Shown here in pieces: positions 37,825 to 47,957 of a stretch of 62,267 nt of DNA. Position 1 is the stretch's first letter. Every line of letters starts with the position of its first letter. The notes under the pieces are model-generated. The model worked only from the letters and a program-made list of their open reading frames with translations, had not been told where the DNA came from and did no database searches. The translations under genes and the position numbers were made by a program. Source of the DNA: Patescibacteria group bacterium (lineage in GTDB: Bacteria; Patescibacteriota; Patescibacteriia; Patescibacteriales; UBA12465); NCBI GenBank assembly GCA_041651095.1, contig JBAZJV010000007.1, positions 1 to 62,267 on the forward strand. The letters run 5' to 3'.

Positions 37825-38271
37825 TTATGATTTATTCTTCAACTGACGGATTAGCTGCCGGAAAGCTTCTTTCTGCTCTTCGGTCAAGCCGGCGCGCAAG
37901 TTCGATTTATAGACCTGCTGAATGATATATTCCAAAGTTTCCAACCAGGTACCGGTAAATAATTCCGGACCGTCATAGAATCCTTTATTAACCCTGGCTC
38001 GCTCAGCCAAGAAGGTGAATGCCAAGGTACGGTTCTTTTTCTTGGTATCCGACAGAATTTGAAATTCCTGGTCGGTATAAAGTTCTGTTGTTCCCTGGAT
38101 AAAGACATTCTTGCTCAACACGTCGTCATCTACCAAGATAGTCTGTGGCAGACTGGTTAATAGCTCAGAATATAAAGCGCTAATGTCTTCGTGTTCCGCC
38201 GCCATCTTGTCTAAAGCGGAAAGTAAGGCTTCAAGAGCACTAACGACTTCTTGTTTCTGATCTTTTTTCAT
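37825..38271 (-). CDS. Hypothetical protein
   Basis: 148-aa ORF, strong GGGAGG SD, downstream hairpin. Confidence 0.65.
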   Translation of the reverse strand: MKKDQKQEVVSALEALLSALDKMAAEHEDISALYSELLTSLPQTILVDDDVLSKNVFIQGTTELYTDQEFQILSDTKKKNRTLAFTFLAERARVNKGFYDGPELFTGTWLETLEYIIQQVYKSNLRAGLTEEQKEAFRQLIRQLKNKS

Positions 38272-38433
38272 CTACTACCTCCCTCGAATGTTTTGAATGA
38301 TTGGAATGAACTGATGATTGCCAGCCAAACAAATAGATTTGTTTGACTTCTTAATTTAATCCTATACTAAATAAATGTCAAGACAAAAATACTCCCCGCT
38401 ACCGAGGAGTATTTAAGTAAAATTTAGCTAATA

Positions 38434-40443
38434 TTATAACAATAAACCAACAATCAAGAGGGCCACGATATTCAAAACCTTGATCATCGGATTAATGGCC
38501 GGACCGGCCGTATCCTTATAAGGATCACCGACCGTATCGCCGGTCACGGCTGCTTTATGCGTATCCGAGCCCTTGCCGCCGAAATTGCCGGCTTCGATAT
38601 ATTTCTTGGCATTATCCCAAGCGCCGCCGCCCGAAGTCATGGACACGGCGACAAAGATGCCGGTCACGATAGAACCGACCAACAAGCCGGCTAAAGCTTC
38701 CAGGCCGTGGCCTTTGCCAAAATAGTTGAAAGCGAAGCCGACGACTATCGGCACGACCACCGGCAACAGGGCTGGGATGATCATTTCCTTGATAGCTGCC
38801 TTAGTAACAATATCTACTGTCCGGCCGTAATCCGGTTTCTCGGCGCCGCTCATGATGCCGGCCTTTTCCTTGAACTGGGCGCGGACGTCTTCGACGACCG
38901 AACCGGCCGCCCGGCCGACCGCTTTCATGGCCATGGCTCCGAACAAATAAGGCAGCAAGCCGCCGATAAACAAACCGATTAATACATAGGGGTTATCAAT
39001 CAAGAACTGAGCGCTGCCGCCGGCGTCTTTGATCTTATAGGTAAAGTCCGCGAACAGGACCAGGGCCGCTAAGGCGGCGGAGCCGATGGCATAACCCTTG
39101 GTGACCGCCTTGGTGGTATTGCCCACCGCATCCAGCGGATCGGTCACGTTGCGCACATCATCGCCCAGTTCCGCCATTTCCGCGATGCCGCCGGCGTTAT
39201 CGGTGATCGGACCATAGGCGTCGATGGTCACGATGATGCCGGCCATTGACAGCATGGACATCGCCGCGATAGCGACGCCGTACAAGCCCGCCAGAGCGTA
39301 AGCGCCTAAGATGGCCAGACAAATAACGATCACCGGCGCGGCCGTGGATTTCATAGATACTGCCAGGCCGGCGATGACATTGGTGCCATGCCCGGTTCTG
39401 GAAGCTTCGGCGATGCTTTTGACCGGATTATATTTAGTAGAAGTATAGTATTCGGTAATGATGACCAAAAGGCCGGTAACCGCCAGGCCGATCAAGCTGG
39501 CAAAGTAAACTTTCAGGCTAAGTCCGCCGACGATCATGTATCTGGTAATCGGATAGAAAGCGATCGCCGCCAGGATTCCCGCTGCGATCAAACCCTTATA
39601 TAAGGCGGACATGATATTGTTGCTCTTGCCCAAGCGGATGAAGAAAATGGCGATGATTGAAGCTAGAATGGAGGCCGCGCCCAGCACTAACGGATAGAGA
39701 ATAATGGTCTGGCTGTTCATGAAGCTCAAACCGCCCAGAACCATGGCCGCTACCGAGGTGACGGCATAGGTTTCAAACAAGTCGGCCGCCATGCCGGCGC
39801 AGTCGCCGACGTTATCGCCGACGTTATCGGCAATCACCGCCGGATTGCGGGGGTCGTCTTCCGGAATATTCGCTTCCACCTTGCCGACCAGGTCGGCCCC
39901 GACGTCCGCCGCTTTGGTATAAATACCGCCGCCCAGGCGAGCAAAGATGGAAATCAATGATCCGCCGAAAGCGAAGCCGACCAAAGCGTGCAGGTCATGG
40001 GTTAAAAAATAAAAGCCGGCCGTGCCCAAAAGCGCCAAGCCGACGACCAGCATGCCGGTCACGCTGCCGCCTTTCACGGCGACATTCAAGGCTTTGGCCA
40101 GGCCGCCGCGAGCCGCTTCCGTGGTCCGGACATTAGCCCGGACGCTTACGTACATGCCGATATAGCCGGTGAGCGCCGATAGGATGGCGCCGCTTAAGAA
40201 GGCCAGCGCCGTCAGCCAACCCAAGGAAGGCAGAAAGCCGATAATGAGAAATACGATGACCGCGACCAGGGCCACGGATTTGTACTGCCGGTTCAGGAAG
40301 GCTTTGGCGCCGGCTTGAATGGCCGCCGCGATTTCCTTCATCTTCTCATTGCCGTCCGGGAGACGCAGAGTGGAGGCGATGACGATAGCGCCGTAGATGA
40401 GGGCGACTAACGCACTGCCGAGAATGAATAAATTGGTGTACAT
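38434..40443 (-). CDS. hppA: Membrane-bound pyrophosphatase, K+-independent H+-pumping type
   Basis: [42 protein letters not shown] (Lys variant), [14 protein letters not shown]. Confidence 0.95.
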   Translation of the reverse strand: MYTNLFILGSALVALIYGAIVIASTLRLPDGNEKMKEIAAAIQAGAKAFLNRQYKSVALVAVIVFLIIGFLPSLGWLTALAFLSGAILSALTGYIGMYVSVRANVRTTEAARGGLAKALNVAVKGGSVTGMLVVGLALLGTAGFYFLTHDLHALVGFAFGGSLISIFARLGGGIYTKAADVGADLVGKVEANIPEDDPRNPAVIADNVGDNVGDCAGMAADLFETYAVTSVAAMVLGGLSFMNSQTIILYPLVLGAASILASIIAIFFIRLGKSNNIMSALYKGLIAAGILAAIAFYPITRYMIVGGLSLKVYFASLIGLAVTGLLVIITEYYTSTKYNPVKSIAEASRTGHGTNVIAGLAVSMKSTAAPVIVICLAILGAYALAGLYGVAIAAMSMLSMAGIIVTIDAYGPITDNAGGIAEMAELGDDVRNVTDPLDAVGNTTKAVTKGYAIGSAALAALVLFADFTYKIKDAGGSAQFLIDNPYVLIGLFIGGLLPYLFGAMAMKAVGRAAGSVVEDVRAQFKEKAGIMSGAEKPDYGRTVDIVTKAAIKEMIIPALLPVVVPIVVGFAFNYFGKGHGLEALAGLLVGSIVTGIFVAVSMTSGGGAWDNAKKYIEAGNFGGKGSDTHKAAVTGDTVGDPYKDTAGPAINPMIKVLNIVALLIVGLLL

Positions 40444-40458
40444 AGTTTTAAATTTTAT

Positions 40459-41820
40459 TTATTCTTCTTCTTTTTTAGTTTTTTTGGTTTTCGGCTTGGC
40501 GGATTTTTCCGGCGCTTCACCGCCGGCCGCGGTTTCTTGATCCGCCGCTTCCACGATTGTCTCACTGACTGTCGGCTCTGTCGCCGCTTCGCCTTCAGTC
40601 GCCTCTTCCGCCGGTGCCGGCAGTTCCGTCTCTTCGCTGCCGATGACCTTCTTTTCGCCTTCTTCCGAGGCTTCGATGATATCAATCTTCCAACCGGTCA
40701 GACGGGCCGCCAGACGGACATTCTGGCCGGCCTTGCCAATGGCAAGGGATAATTTATCAGGCGAAACTTTCACGACCGCCTTATGCTCGACATTATCCAG
40801 ATCAATGGACAAGACTTTAGCCGGCGCCAAGGCGTAAGCGATGAATTTGGCCGGATCATCGTCATATTCGATGATGTCTATTTTCTCCCCGCCCAATTCG
40901 CTGATGATCGTCTGGACGCGAGAACCGCGCTGGCCCACGCAGGAGCCGACCGGATCGACATTGTCGGCATCGGTCCAAATGGCGACCTTGGAACGCGAGC
41001 CGGCTTCCCGAGCCACGGCTTTGATTTCCACCAAACCGTTGGCGATTTCCGGAATTTCCAGATAGAACACTTTGCGCAGAATCTCTTCGGCGCGGCGGGA
41101 CAAGACGATTTCCGGGCCCTTATGGCCTTCGCGGACCTCCTTGATGAAAACCTTGATGCGGTCGTTGGGGTTATAGCGTTCGCTGTAAATCTGCTCTTCC
41201 GCCGGCAGGATGCCTATAGCTTTGCCGAGATCGACAAAGACGAAGCGGCCCTCGCGGCGCTGGACGATGCCGGAAACTACTTCATGCTCCTTGCCTTTGA
41301 ATTCACTGAAAATCATATCGCGCTCCATCTCCCGGAGCTTCTGAATGATGACCTGCTTGGCGGTCTGGGCGGCCATGCGGCCATAGCTCTCCGGAATCGG
41401 CAAATCGGTGACGATCTCATCCCCGACCTGGGCGTCATGTTTCAAAATCATCGCTTCCTTGAGCTGAATATCCGTCTTGGGATTGAATTTTTTCTTGTCC
41501 TCTTCTGTTTCGGCCGGCTCTTCGACGGGCGCTCCCGGACGGTATTCTTCCCGCGGCGTTTCTTTCGGCGCCGGGTTATAAAGGTTCCGGAGCATTTCGG
41601 CTTCTTCCTGCTCCGGCAAATTTTCCACGACGGTCTTCACGTCGAAAATCTGCGACTTGCCGGTCGCCGGATCGAACTTCACCCGGATATTCTGATTGCG
41701 CTCCCCGTAATCCTTGCGGTAAGCGGCCGCGAGCGCCAGCTCCACGGCAGCGATGACCGAAGCGTAATCAAGGTTCTTTTCTTCGCACAGCTGCTTGATC
41801 GCATTGCTGATTTCTGACAT
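40459..41820 (-). CDS. nusA: Transcription factor NusA
   Basis: GRMAAQTAKQVI.Q, S1 and KH domains (AREAG.RSK, GSCVG.RG.R, AIGK.GQNVRLA). Confidence 0.97.
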   Translation of the reverse strand: MSEISNAIKQLCEEKNLDYASVIAAVELALAAAYRKDYGERNQNIRVKFDPATGKSQIFDVKTVVENLPEQEEAEMLRNLYNPAPKETPREEYRPGAPVEEPAETEEDKKKFNPKTDIQLKEAMILKHDAQVGDEIVTDLPIPESYGRMAAQTAKQVIIQKLREMERDMIFSEFKGKEHEVVSGIVQRREGRFVFVDLGKAIGILPAEEQIYSERYNPNDRIKVFIKEVREGHKGPEIVLSRRAEEILRKVFYLEIPEIANGLVEIKAVAREAGSRSKVAIWTDADNVDPVGSCVGQRGSRVQTIISELGGEKIDIIEYDDDPAKFIAYALAPAKVLSIDLDNVEHKAVVKVSPDKLSLAIGKAGQNVRLAARLTGWKIDIIEASEEGEKKVIGSEETELPAPAEEATEGEAATEPTVSETIVEAADQETAAGGEAPEKSAKPKTKKTKKEEE

Positions 41821-41925
41821 ATGTTTATCGTTAGCCCCGCTATCGCGGGTCGGATTGATTAATGTTTAATCGGTTGAGGCTTAAAATAAAAAGCTAATTG
41901 TAAGAACAACTAGCTTTCTATATAT

Positions 41926-41960
41926 ATGATACCATATATCTGATTTTTGTCAAAACCGCC
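41926..41960 (-). promoter_or_regulatory. nusA promoter (TTGACA-16-TATCAT, TGn extended)
   Basis: Boxes at 41948-41953 and 41926-41931. Confidence 0.55.
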
Positions 41961-41990
41961 AACGGACATGCCATTACCGCCCCGGGCGGA

Positions 41991-42422
41991 TTAATATGGC
42001 CAATAAGTCTGATAATCAACCGAGTTGTTGACAGCCCGACCTAAGATGATGACGGTAAACCGAGTAATGGCCCAAGCCATCAAAAGGATAATCAGACCGA
42101 TAATGGAATTACGGATAACCTGCAGAGCTTCGGTGGTTTTTTCTTCATTGCCCCCCGCGGTCATATAGCGGAAACCGGCGTAAACAATGAAACCGATGAA
42201 AACGGTGGCCAGGAAGCCAAGCAGAACCATGATGATCCGGGCAACGATGGTACGGATATCGGCCGGCGTGGAATTGCCGAAGGTCTGGCCGACTTGTTTC
42301 ATGCCGACTTGGCTGTTCACCAGGCTGTCATCGGCTAAAACCGGCAGGTTGGGCAGGATAACAAACGAACTGAGCAGTAAGAGGAGAAAAAAGGCGAAAA
42401 CATGCTTCTTTGTAATGCGCAT
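41991..42422 (-). CDS. CPR pilin-like (TrbC/VirB2-type) membrane protein
   Basis: Signal peptide, IVYAGFRYMTAGGNEEK...A...I.N.IIGLIIILMAW.I motif. Confidence 0.8.
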   Translation of the reverse strand: MRITKKHVFAFFLLLLLSSFVILPNLPVLADDSLVNSQVGMKQVGQTFGNSTPADIRTIVARIIMVLLGFLATVFIGFIVYAGFRYMTAGGNEEKTTEALQVIRNSIIGLIILLMAWAITRFTVIILGRAVNNSVDYQTYWPY

Positions 42423-42498
42423 ATCTTGGCAATTAAAATATGATATAATTATCTTAAGCCTTTATATTATACAAAAATCCCTATAAAAATACAAGAAA

Positions 42499-43974
42499 AT
42501 GAGCTTAACGAAAAAAGTCGCTCACAATACCCTGATCCAGATCGCCAGTAAGCTCGTTTCTACGGCTTTGGGTCTTCTCGCCGCCGCCCTGATTACGCGC
42601 TACCTGGGGCCGGCCGGTTTCGGCGAATACACGACGGTCATCACCTTCCTGACCTTTTTCGCCGTCGCCGCCGATTTCGGCCTGACCCTGGTCACCGTCC
42701 AAATGATCAGCGGCCATCCGACCGACGAAAACCGAATTCTTAACAACCTCTTCAGCCTGCGCCTGGTTTCCTCCCTGGCCCTTTTGATTTTGGCGCCGCT
42801 CATCATCTGGTTCTTCCCTTATAGCCCGGCCGTCAAGCTGGGTGTCATTATTTCTTTCGTTTCCTTCCTGTTCCCGGCTTTGAACCAGATCTTCGTCGGC
42901 TTGTTCCAGCGGAAACTCAGTATGAGCCGGGATGCGGTGGCGGAAATGCTCAGCCGCATCATATTGATCGGCGGAGTGATCCTGACTAGACAGCTGGACG
43001 GCGGCTTAAACGGGATCCTGCTGGCCACCGTCGCCTCCGCTTTCACCAGCTTTGCCGGCCACTATTTTCTGGCCAGGAAATTTGTGGTTATCCGTTGGGC
43101 ATTCGATCCTCTGATCTGGCGGCAGATATTCGACAAGGCCTGGCCTCTGGCTATCACCATTGTTTTGAACCTGATTTATCTCCGGGCCGACACCTTGCTC
43201 CTGTCGTTATTCAAAAGCACCGACGAAGTCGGGCTGTACGGTGCGACTTACCGGGTTATCGACGTCTTGACGACCATCCCCTTCATGTTTGCTGGTTTGA
43301 TCCTGCCGATAATGACCACGGCCTGGCTGGATCGCAATCCGGAATATTTCAAGAAGGTGCTGCAGAAATCTTTCGATTTCATGGCCATGCTGGCTATCCC
43401 CCTGGTGATCGGCACCCAGTTTCTGGGCCGGCCGATCATGATTTTTGCCGCCGGCGACGATTTTGCTCCGGCCGGCCGGATCTTGCAGATTCTGATTTAT
43501 GCCGTCGCGGCGATTTTTCTCGGTACGATATTTTCACATGCCGTCATCGCCCTAGAAAAACAACGGACGATGATCCTCTTTTATGCCATTGCCAGCTTCA
43601 GCGCCCTGCTCGCCTACTTGCTCCTGATCCCGATCTTTTCTTATTTCGGAGCCGCCGCAGTCACGATTTACAGCGAAACAATAATTGCAATTTTTTCCGG
43701 CTATTGCGTATATAAATATAGCGGCTTCCGGCCTAATTTTCGGATTACCCTTAAATCGACGTTCAGCGCGGCCGTCATGGGCCTGTTCCTTTACTTTTTC
43801 AGCCCGGCCTATCAAAATACCCTGGTCCGCTTATTGTTCATCATGGCGGCCGCCAGTTTGGTCTATTTCCTGGCTATGCTGCTCTGCGGCGGCATCAAAC
43901 GGCGGGATTTAGCCGTGATCTTCCAGAAAAATATGGCTAGCGGCGAACCGACTTACGATGGACCAAAACTATAA
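42499..43974 (+). CDS. Wzx-like polysaccharide flippase (MOP family)
   Basis: RYLGP..FG.Y, DFGL, YLRADTLLL, VGLYGA.YR; about 12-14 TMs. Confidence 0.9.
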   Translation: MSLTKKVAHNTLIQIASKLVSTALGLLAAALITRYLGPAGFGEYTTVITFLTFFAVAADFGLTLVTVQMISGHPTDENRILNNLFSLRLVSSLALLILAPLIIWFFPYSPAVKLGVIISFVSFLFPALNQIFVGLFQRKLSMSRDAVAEMLSRIILIGGVILTRQLDGGLNGILLATVASAFTSFAGHYFLARKFVVIRWAFDPLIWRQIFDKAWPLAITIVLNLIYLRADTLLLSLFKSTDEVGLYGATYRVIDVLTTIPFMFAGLILPIMTTAWLDRNPEYFKKVLQKSFDFMAMLAIPLVIGTQFLGRPIMIFAAGDDFAPAGRILQILIYAVAAIFLGTIFSHAVIALEKQRTMILFYAIASFSALLAYLLLIPIFSYFGAAAVTIYSETIIAIFSGYCVYKYSGFRPNFRITLKSTFSAAVMGLFLYFFSPAYQNTLVRLLFIMAAASLVYFLAMLLCGGIKRRDLAVIFQKNMASGEPTYDGPKL

Positions 43975-43986
43975 CTACCCCTTTTT

Positions 43987-44787
43987 ATGTCTAAACTTGA
44001 AATGGCTAAGCTTGACGACATCGCTGGTTTACCCGCGCCGAAAATAATTTCGGAAACCGCCGATTACCTGGTCATCGACAAACCAGCCGGGCTGGCCGTA
44101 CACGGCGGCGGAAATTTAAGCGGCCCGAAGCTCGTAGACTGGCTGCTACGGCAGTATCCGGACATCAAGCGAGTAGGCGATGATCTAACCCGACCCGGCC
44201 TGGTGCACCGTCTGGATAAAGACGTGAGCGGCCTGATGGTCATTGCCAAGAATCAAGCGAGCTTCGAAGACTTAAAACGGCAATTCAAAGATCGCGATGT
44301 CAACAAAGAATATCTGGCTCTGGTCCACGGCCGCCTGAGCCAGGACGCTGGCGTCATCGACTTTCCGATTACCAGAGCCAAATCCGGTTATAAGATGGCG
44401 GCTTTGCCGGCGCATACCACCGACTTGTTGACGCGCCCCCGGCCCCGCACCCGCGATCAGGGGAACATTGACAGTTGGCTTAAATCTCGTCAGGCGCTGA
44501 CCGAATTTACGGTGCTGCAACGCTTCGTCAATTACAGCCTGCTACGCGTCCGCATCAAGACCGGGCGGACGCATCAGATCCGGGTCCACCTGTTCGCTCT
44601 CGGCCACCCGCTGGCCGGCGACCAGCTCTACCGCACGAAAAAGAGCAAAGCGCAAAATGCCAAAATGTCTCTGGGCCGGGTATTCCTGGTGGCCGATCGC
44701 CTGAGTTTCCGCGACCGGCAAGGCCAGACACGAAATTTTTCCCTGCCCCTGCCAGCTGAACTCGTACCCATGCTGCCTAAACACTGA
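43987..44787 (+). CDS. RluA/RluD family RNA pseudouridine synthase
   Basis: DKPAGL.VH, VHRLDKDVSG, KTGRTHQIRVH, GD.LY. Confidence 0.93.
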   Translation: MSKLEMAKLDDIAGLPAPKIISETADYLVIDKPAGLAVHGGGNLSGPKLVDWLLRQYPDIKRVGDDLTRPGLVHRLDKDVSGLMVIAKNQASFEDLKRQFKDRDVNKEYLALVHGRLSQDAGVIDFPITRAKSGYKMAALPAHTTDLLTRPRPRTRDQGNIDSWLKSRQALTEFTVLQRFVNYSLLRVRIKTGRTHQIRVHLFALGHPLAGDQLYRTKKSKAQNAKMSLGRVFLVADRLSFRDRQGQTRNFSLPLPAELVPMLPKH

Positions 44788-44882
44788 TTAGCCGAACCGT
44801 CTGGCCAAATTTTGACGACGGCCGGGATTTTTACTATAATAATGATACTATTTTAAAAATAAATAATAATTCTAATAAAATT

Positions 44883-45887
44883 ATGAAAAAATTCGTTAAG
44901 AGTATGTTTTCCCGCGAACGCTTTACGCGGGTAACCTTGCCGATTATCCTGGTGATCATCCTGGTAGTAATCGGCCTGTTCACTTTCCAAAAGCCGAAAA
45001 CCATGAACGCCGAACAGGCGAAGGCGAAAGCGGAAACTTTTATCAATAATTATCTGATGCAGGGCGGAAACAAAGCGACGGTTAAGAATATCACAACCGA
45101 ATACGGCCTGTATAAGCTAGAGATTGACATCGTCAGCGACGTAGTCGAATCTTACCTGTCCAAAGATGGCAAGCTGTTCTTCCCGCAGGCCTTAGACATA
45201 GAGAAAATGAGCGCTTCGACGCCCGCGGCAGCCAATACCGGCGACAGCGGCCCGGTCGCTGAAGTCAGCAATAAGAGCGATAAGCCGAAAGTCGAGCTCT
45301 TCGTCATGAGTTATTGCCCCTACGGTACCCAGATCGAAAAAGGCATCCTGCCGGTAGTCGAGACTCTGGGCAAAAAGATCGACTATACCGTCAAGTTTGT
45401 CGACTACGCCATGCACGGCCAGAAAGAACTGCAGGAGAACTTGTCCCAATATTGCATCGAAACTGAACAATCCGATAAATACAATGCTTACCTGAAGTGT
45501 TTCTTGCAGGCCGGCGACTCCGCCGCCTGCGTCAGCTCGGCCGGCATTAACAAGACCAAGCTGGATGCCTGCGTGGCCAAGACCGATAAGCAATATAAGA
45601 TCACTGAAAATTTCAATAACCAGGTCGGCTACAAGGGCAGTTATCCGGGCTTTGACATCCACAAGGACGACAATACCAAATATAACGTTGCCGGATCGCC
45701 GACCCTGATCATTAATGGCCAGGAAATCGGGGCTAACCGCGATTCCGCCTCCCTGCTGAAGACCATCTGCAGCGCTTTCAATAATCAGCCGCAAGAATGC
45801 CAGGCCACTTTGTCCAGCGCCACTCCGGCGCCGGGCTTCGGCTCCGGTACGCAAGCGGGCGGGACCAATGCCGCAGCCTGCGAATAA
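44883..45887 (+). CDS. Membrane-anchored thioredoxin-fold protein, GILT-like
   Basis: TM anchor, VELFVMSYCPYG, HG..E..EN..Q.C, V.GSPTL.ING, several extra Cys. Confidence 0.7.
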   Translation: MKKFVKSMFSRERFTRVTLPIILVIILVVIGLFTFQKPKTMNAEQAKAKAETFINNYLMQGGNKATVKNITTEYGLYKLEIDIVSDVVESYLSKDGKLFFPQALDIEKMSASTPAAANTGDSGPVAEVSNKSDKPKVELFVMSYCPYGTQIEKGILPVVETLGKKIDYTVKFVDYAMHGQKELQENLSQYCIETEQSDKYNAYLKCFLQAGDSAACVSSAGINKTKLDACVAKTDKQYKITENFNNQVGYKGSYPGFDIHKDDNTKYNVAGSPTLIINGQEIGANRDSASLLKTICSAFNNQPQECQATLSSATPAPGFGSGTQAGGTNAAACE

Positions 45888-45918
45888 AAGGTTTCGATAA
45901 CATCCTTCAAATATCATC

Positions 45919-45948
45919 AAAACCGCCGTATAATCCGGCGGTTTTGAT
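45919..45948. terminator. Bidirectional terminator between convergent genes
   Basis: aaaaccgcc-gtataatcc-ggcggtttt. Confidence 0.75.
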
Positions 45949-45972
45949 ATATAAGGTCTTAAACCATTCCGC

Positions 45973-47208
45973 TTAAGCGATAGAACGCGGACCGCGCCAT
46001 TTGGCTGCCGCCAGAATGCGCCTAATCGCTAAGCTATAGGCGGCTTGGCGCAGCGTAATCCGCCCGCCTTTTCCCAAATATTTATCATAGACGCGCGACC
46101 AATTGGTCCGCATCTTGGTGACGAGCAAATCCCGCAAGTAATCGTCAGCCAAAATCTGACCGGTCCGATTCTGCGCCCACTCGAAATAACTGACAATGAC
46201 GCCACCGGAATTAGCCAGGATGTCCGGCACCACGATCTTGTTCTGCTCAGCCAGGATCTGATCGGCTTCATGCGTGATCGGACCGTTAGCCAGCTCTACT
46301 AAATAACCGGCCTGGATCCGGCCAGCGTTATCTTTGGTAATCTGATTTTCCAGCGCCGCCAAAACCAGGATATCGGCCGGCAATTCCAACAACGCGGCAT
46401 TAGTTATCGGTTCCCCGTCCGGATATTCGCCGACCGGCTTACTATTATTCTTCCAAGTCACCAAGCCCGGTATATCAAGGCCCTCGGCTTTATATAAACC
46501 GCCACGACTGTCAGAAACGGCAATAATACGGTAGCCGTCAGCGGCTAGTTTTTCAGTCATGAACAAGCCGGCATTACCGAAACCTTGGATAGCTATCTGC
46601 AAGTTGCGCCGCTCCGGCAAAAATTTAGCGATTAATTCTTTAATGACTAGGTAGCCGCCCTGAGCCGTGGCGTCGCCGCGCAAAGCCAGGCCGCCCAATT
46701 CCACCGGCTTACCGGTGATCATGCCCGGTTCATGATGCCCGACTTGCCGTTCAAATTCGTCCAGCATCCAAGACATTATTTGGCTATTGGTATAAACGTC
46801 GGGAGCCGGGATATCCTTGTCTTGTCCCAAAACATCATGGAAAGCGGCGATATAGGCCCGACTGACAGCTTCCAGTTCGGCCGGCGAACTGGCTTTCGGA
46901 TCGAATTTGACGCCACCTTTAGCGCCACCGTAAGGGATATCGGCCAGAGAATTCTTCAGAGTCATCCAGAAAGCCAGAGATTGAACCTCGTCTTCGGAAA
47001 CCTCTGGATGGAAACGGATGCCGCCTTTGCCTGGCCCCAAGGCTTCATTATACAAGATGCGCCAAGCCGGATATTTTTTCCCGTCCACGACTAATTCAGC
47101 GAAACTGACTCGGGCTGGACGCAATAAAGGCGCCATCTCTTGGCCGCTGACATTTTCAATCTGCTGAATTTCTTTTAAACGCTCAAGGTTATCAGCAAAA
47201 ATACTCAT
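45973..47208 (-). CDS. gdhA: Glu/Leu/Phe/Val dehydrogenase (glutamate dehydrogenase); start probably 47208
   Basis: GPGKGGIRFHP, PYGGAKGG, DIPAPD, TGKP, IQGFGNAG, ELANGP, PDILANSGGV.VSYFEW. Confidence 0.93.
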   Translation of the reverse strand: MSIFADNLERLKEIQQIENVSGQEMAPLLRPARVSFAELVVDGKKYPAWRILYNEALGPGKGGIRFHPEVSEDEVQSLAFWMTLKNSLADIPYGGAKGGVKFDPKASSPAELEAVSRAYIAAFHDVLGQDKDIPAPDVYTNSQIMSWMLDEFERQVGHHEPGMITGKPVELGGLALRGDATAQGGYLVIKELIAKFLPERRNLQIAIQGFGNAGLFMTEKLAADGYRIIAVSDSRGGLYKAEGLDIPGLVTWKNNSKPVGEYPDGEPITNAALLELPADILVLAALENQITKDNAGRIQAGYLVELANGPITHEADQILAEQNKIVVPDILANSGGVIVSYFEWAQNRTGQILADDYLRDLLVTKMRTNWSRVYDKYLGKGGRITLRQAAYSLAIRRILAAAKWRGPRSIA

Positions 47209-47249
47209 ATACTTGATATCGCCGTTTAAACGGCTAGCTTCGAAAATAT

Positions 47250-47579
47250 TTAAAGCCAAGCGGCTAGTTCATCTCTTAGGGTTTCTTTATTCCGCAAACC
47301 GATGAATTCGCCGACAACCTTGCCGCCCTTGAACAGCTTCATGTTCGGGATGCTTTGGATCTGATATTCCATCGCTAACTCCTGATTCTCGCCGTCTTCG
47401 GTGTTGACTTTGACTACCTTGACCTTGCCCGCCAAATCTACGGATAATTCATCAAGAATAGGCGCCATCATTCGGCAAGGCATGCACCAAGGAGCCCAAA
47501 AATCGACCAGCACGGGTAGGTCGCTCTGCAAGACTTCTGAAGCGAAAAAACTTTTTTTAACTTCTATTACATTAGACAT
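47250..47579 (-). CDS. trxA: Thioredoxin (WCMPC)
   Basis: VLVDFWAPWCMPCRMMAP, SIP. Confidence 0.95.
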   Translation of the reverse strand: MSNVIEVKKSFFASEVLQSDLPVLVDFWAPWCMPCRMMAPILDELSVDLAGKVKVVKVNTEDGENQELAMEYQIQSIPNMKLFKGGKVVGEFIGLRNKETLRDELAAWL

Positions 47580-47612
47580 AAATGTATTGCTTAATTGATT
47601 AATTAGCTTGGC

Positions 47613-47855
47613 TTATTTATTGATGACTTCTCGGAAAATCTTTTCAATCTTGGGACGACTGGCCTGCCGCGGCCCGACCAGGCAGCGGTTGAACTCCTCG
47701 CCGATGACCTTCTCCATCAACGCAGAAATGGCCGAACGGGCGGCTTTAAGCTGAATAAGCAAAGAAAAACAATCGCGCTGTTGGTCGGCTAGCATTTTTT
47801 TGGCTCCCTCCAACTGACCGATGATGTTATTGAGCCGTTGATCGATAGTTTTCAT
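47613..47855 (-). CDS. CsoR/RcnR/CstR family repressor
   Basis: RL..I.GQL.G, DC..L.QL.AA.SA, C-terminal Cys; no His ligand. Confidence 0.88.
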   Translation of the reverse strand: MKTIDQRLNNIIGQLEGAKKMLADQQRDCFSLLIQLKAARSAISALMEKVIGEEFNRCLVGPRQASRPKIEKIFREVINK

Positions 47856-47957
47856 AGCGCTATTATATCACACCCCGGTGGGGTGTCAAGAAAAATGGTT
47901 ATCTACCGCTTGACCGATAAAAAATCCGGCCTGTCGACCAAATAATTTATAAATTAT

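Noticed and set aside
40455-41817. Long alternative-frame ORFs over nusA, and similar shadow ORFs over ftsH, recQ, glyA, pilT and glmS
   Set aside because: Antisense or off-frame products of GC-rich codon usage, with no motifs or start signals.
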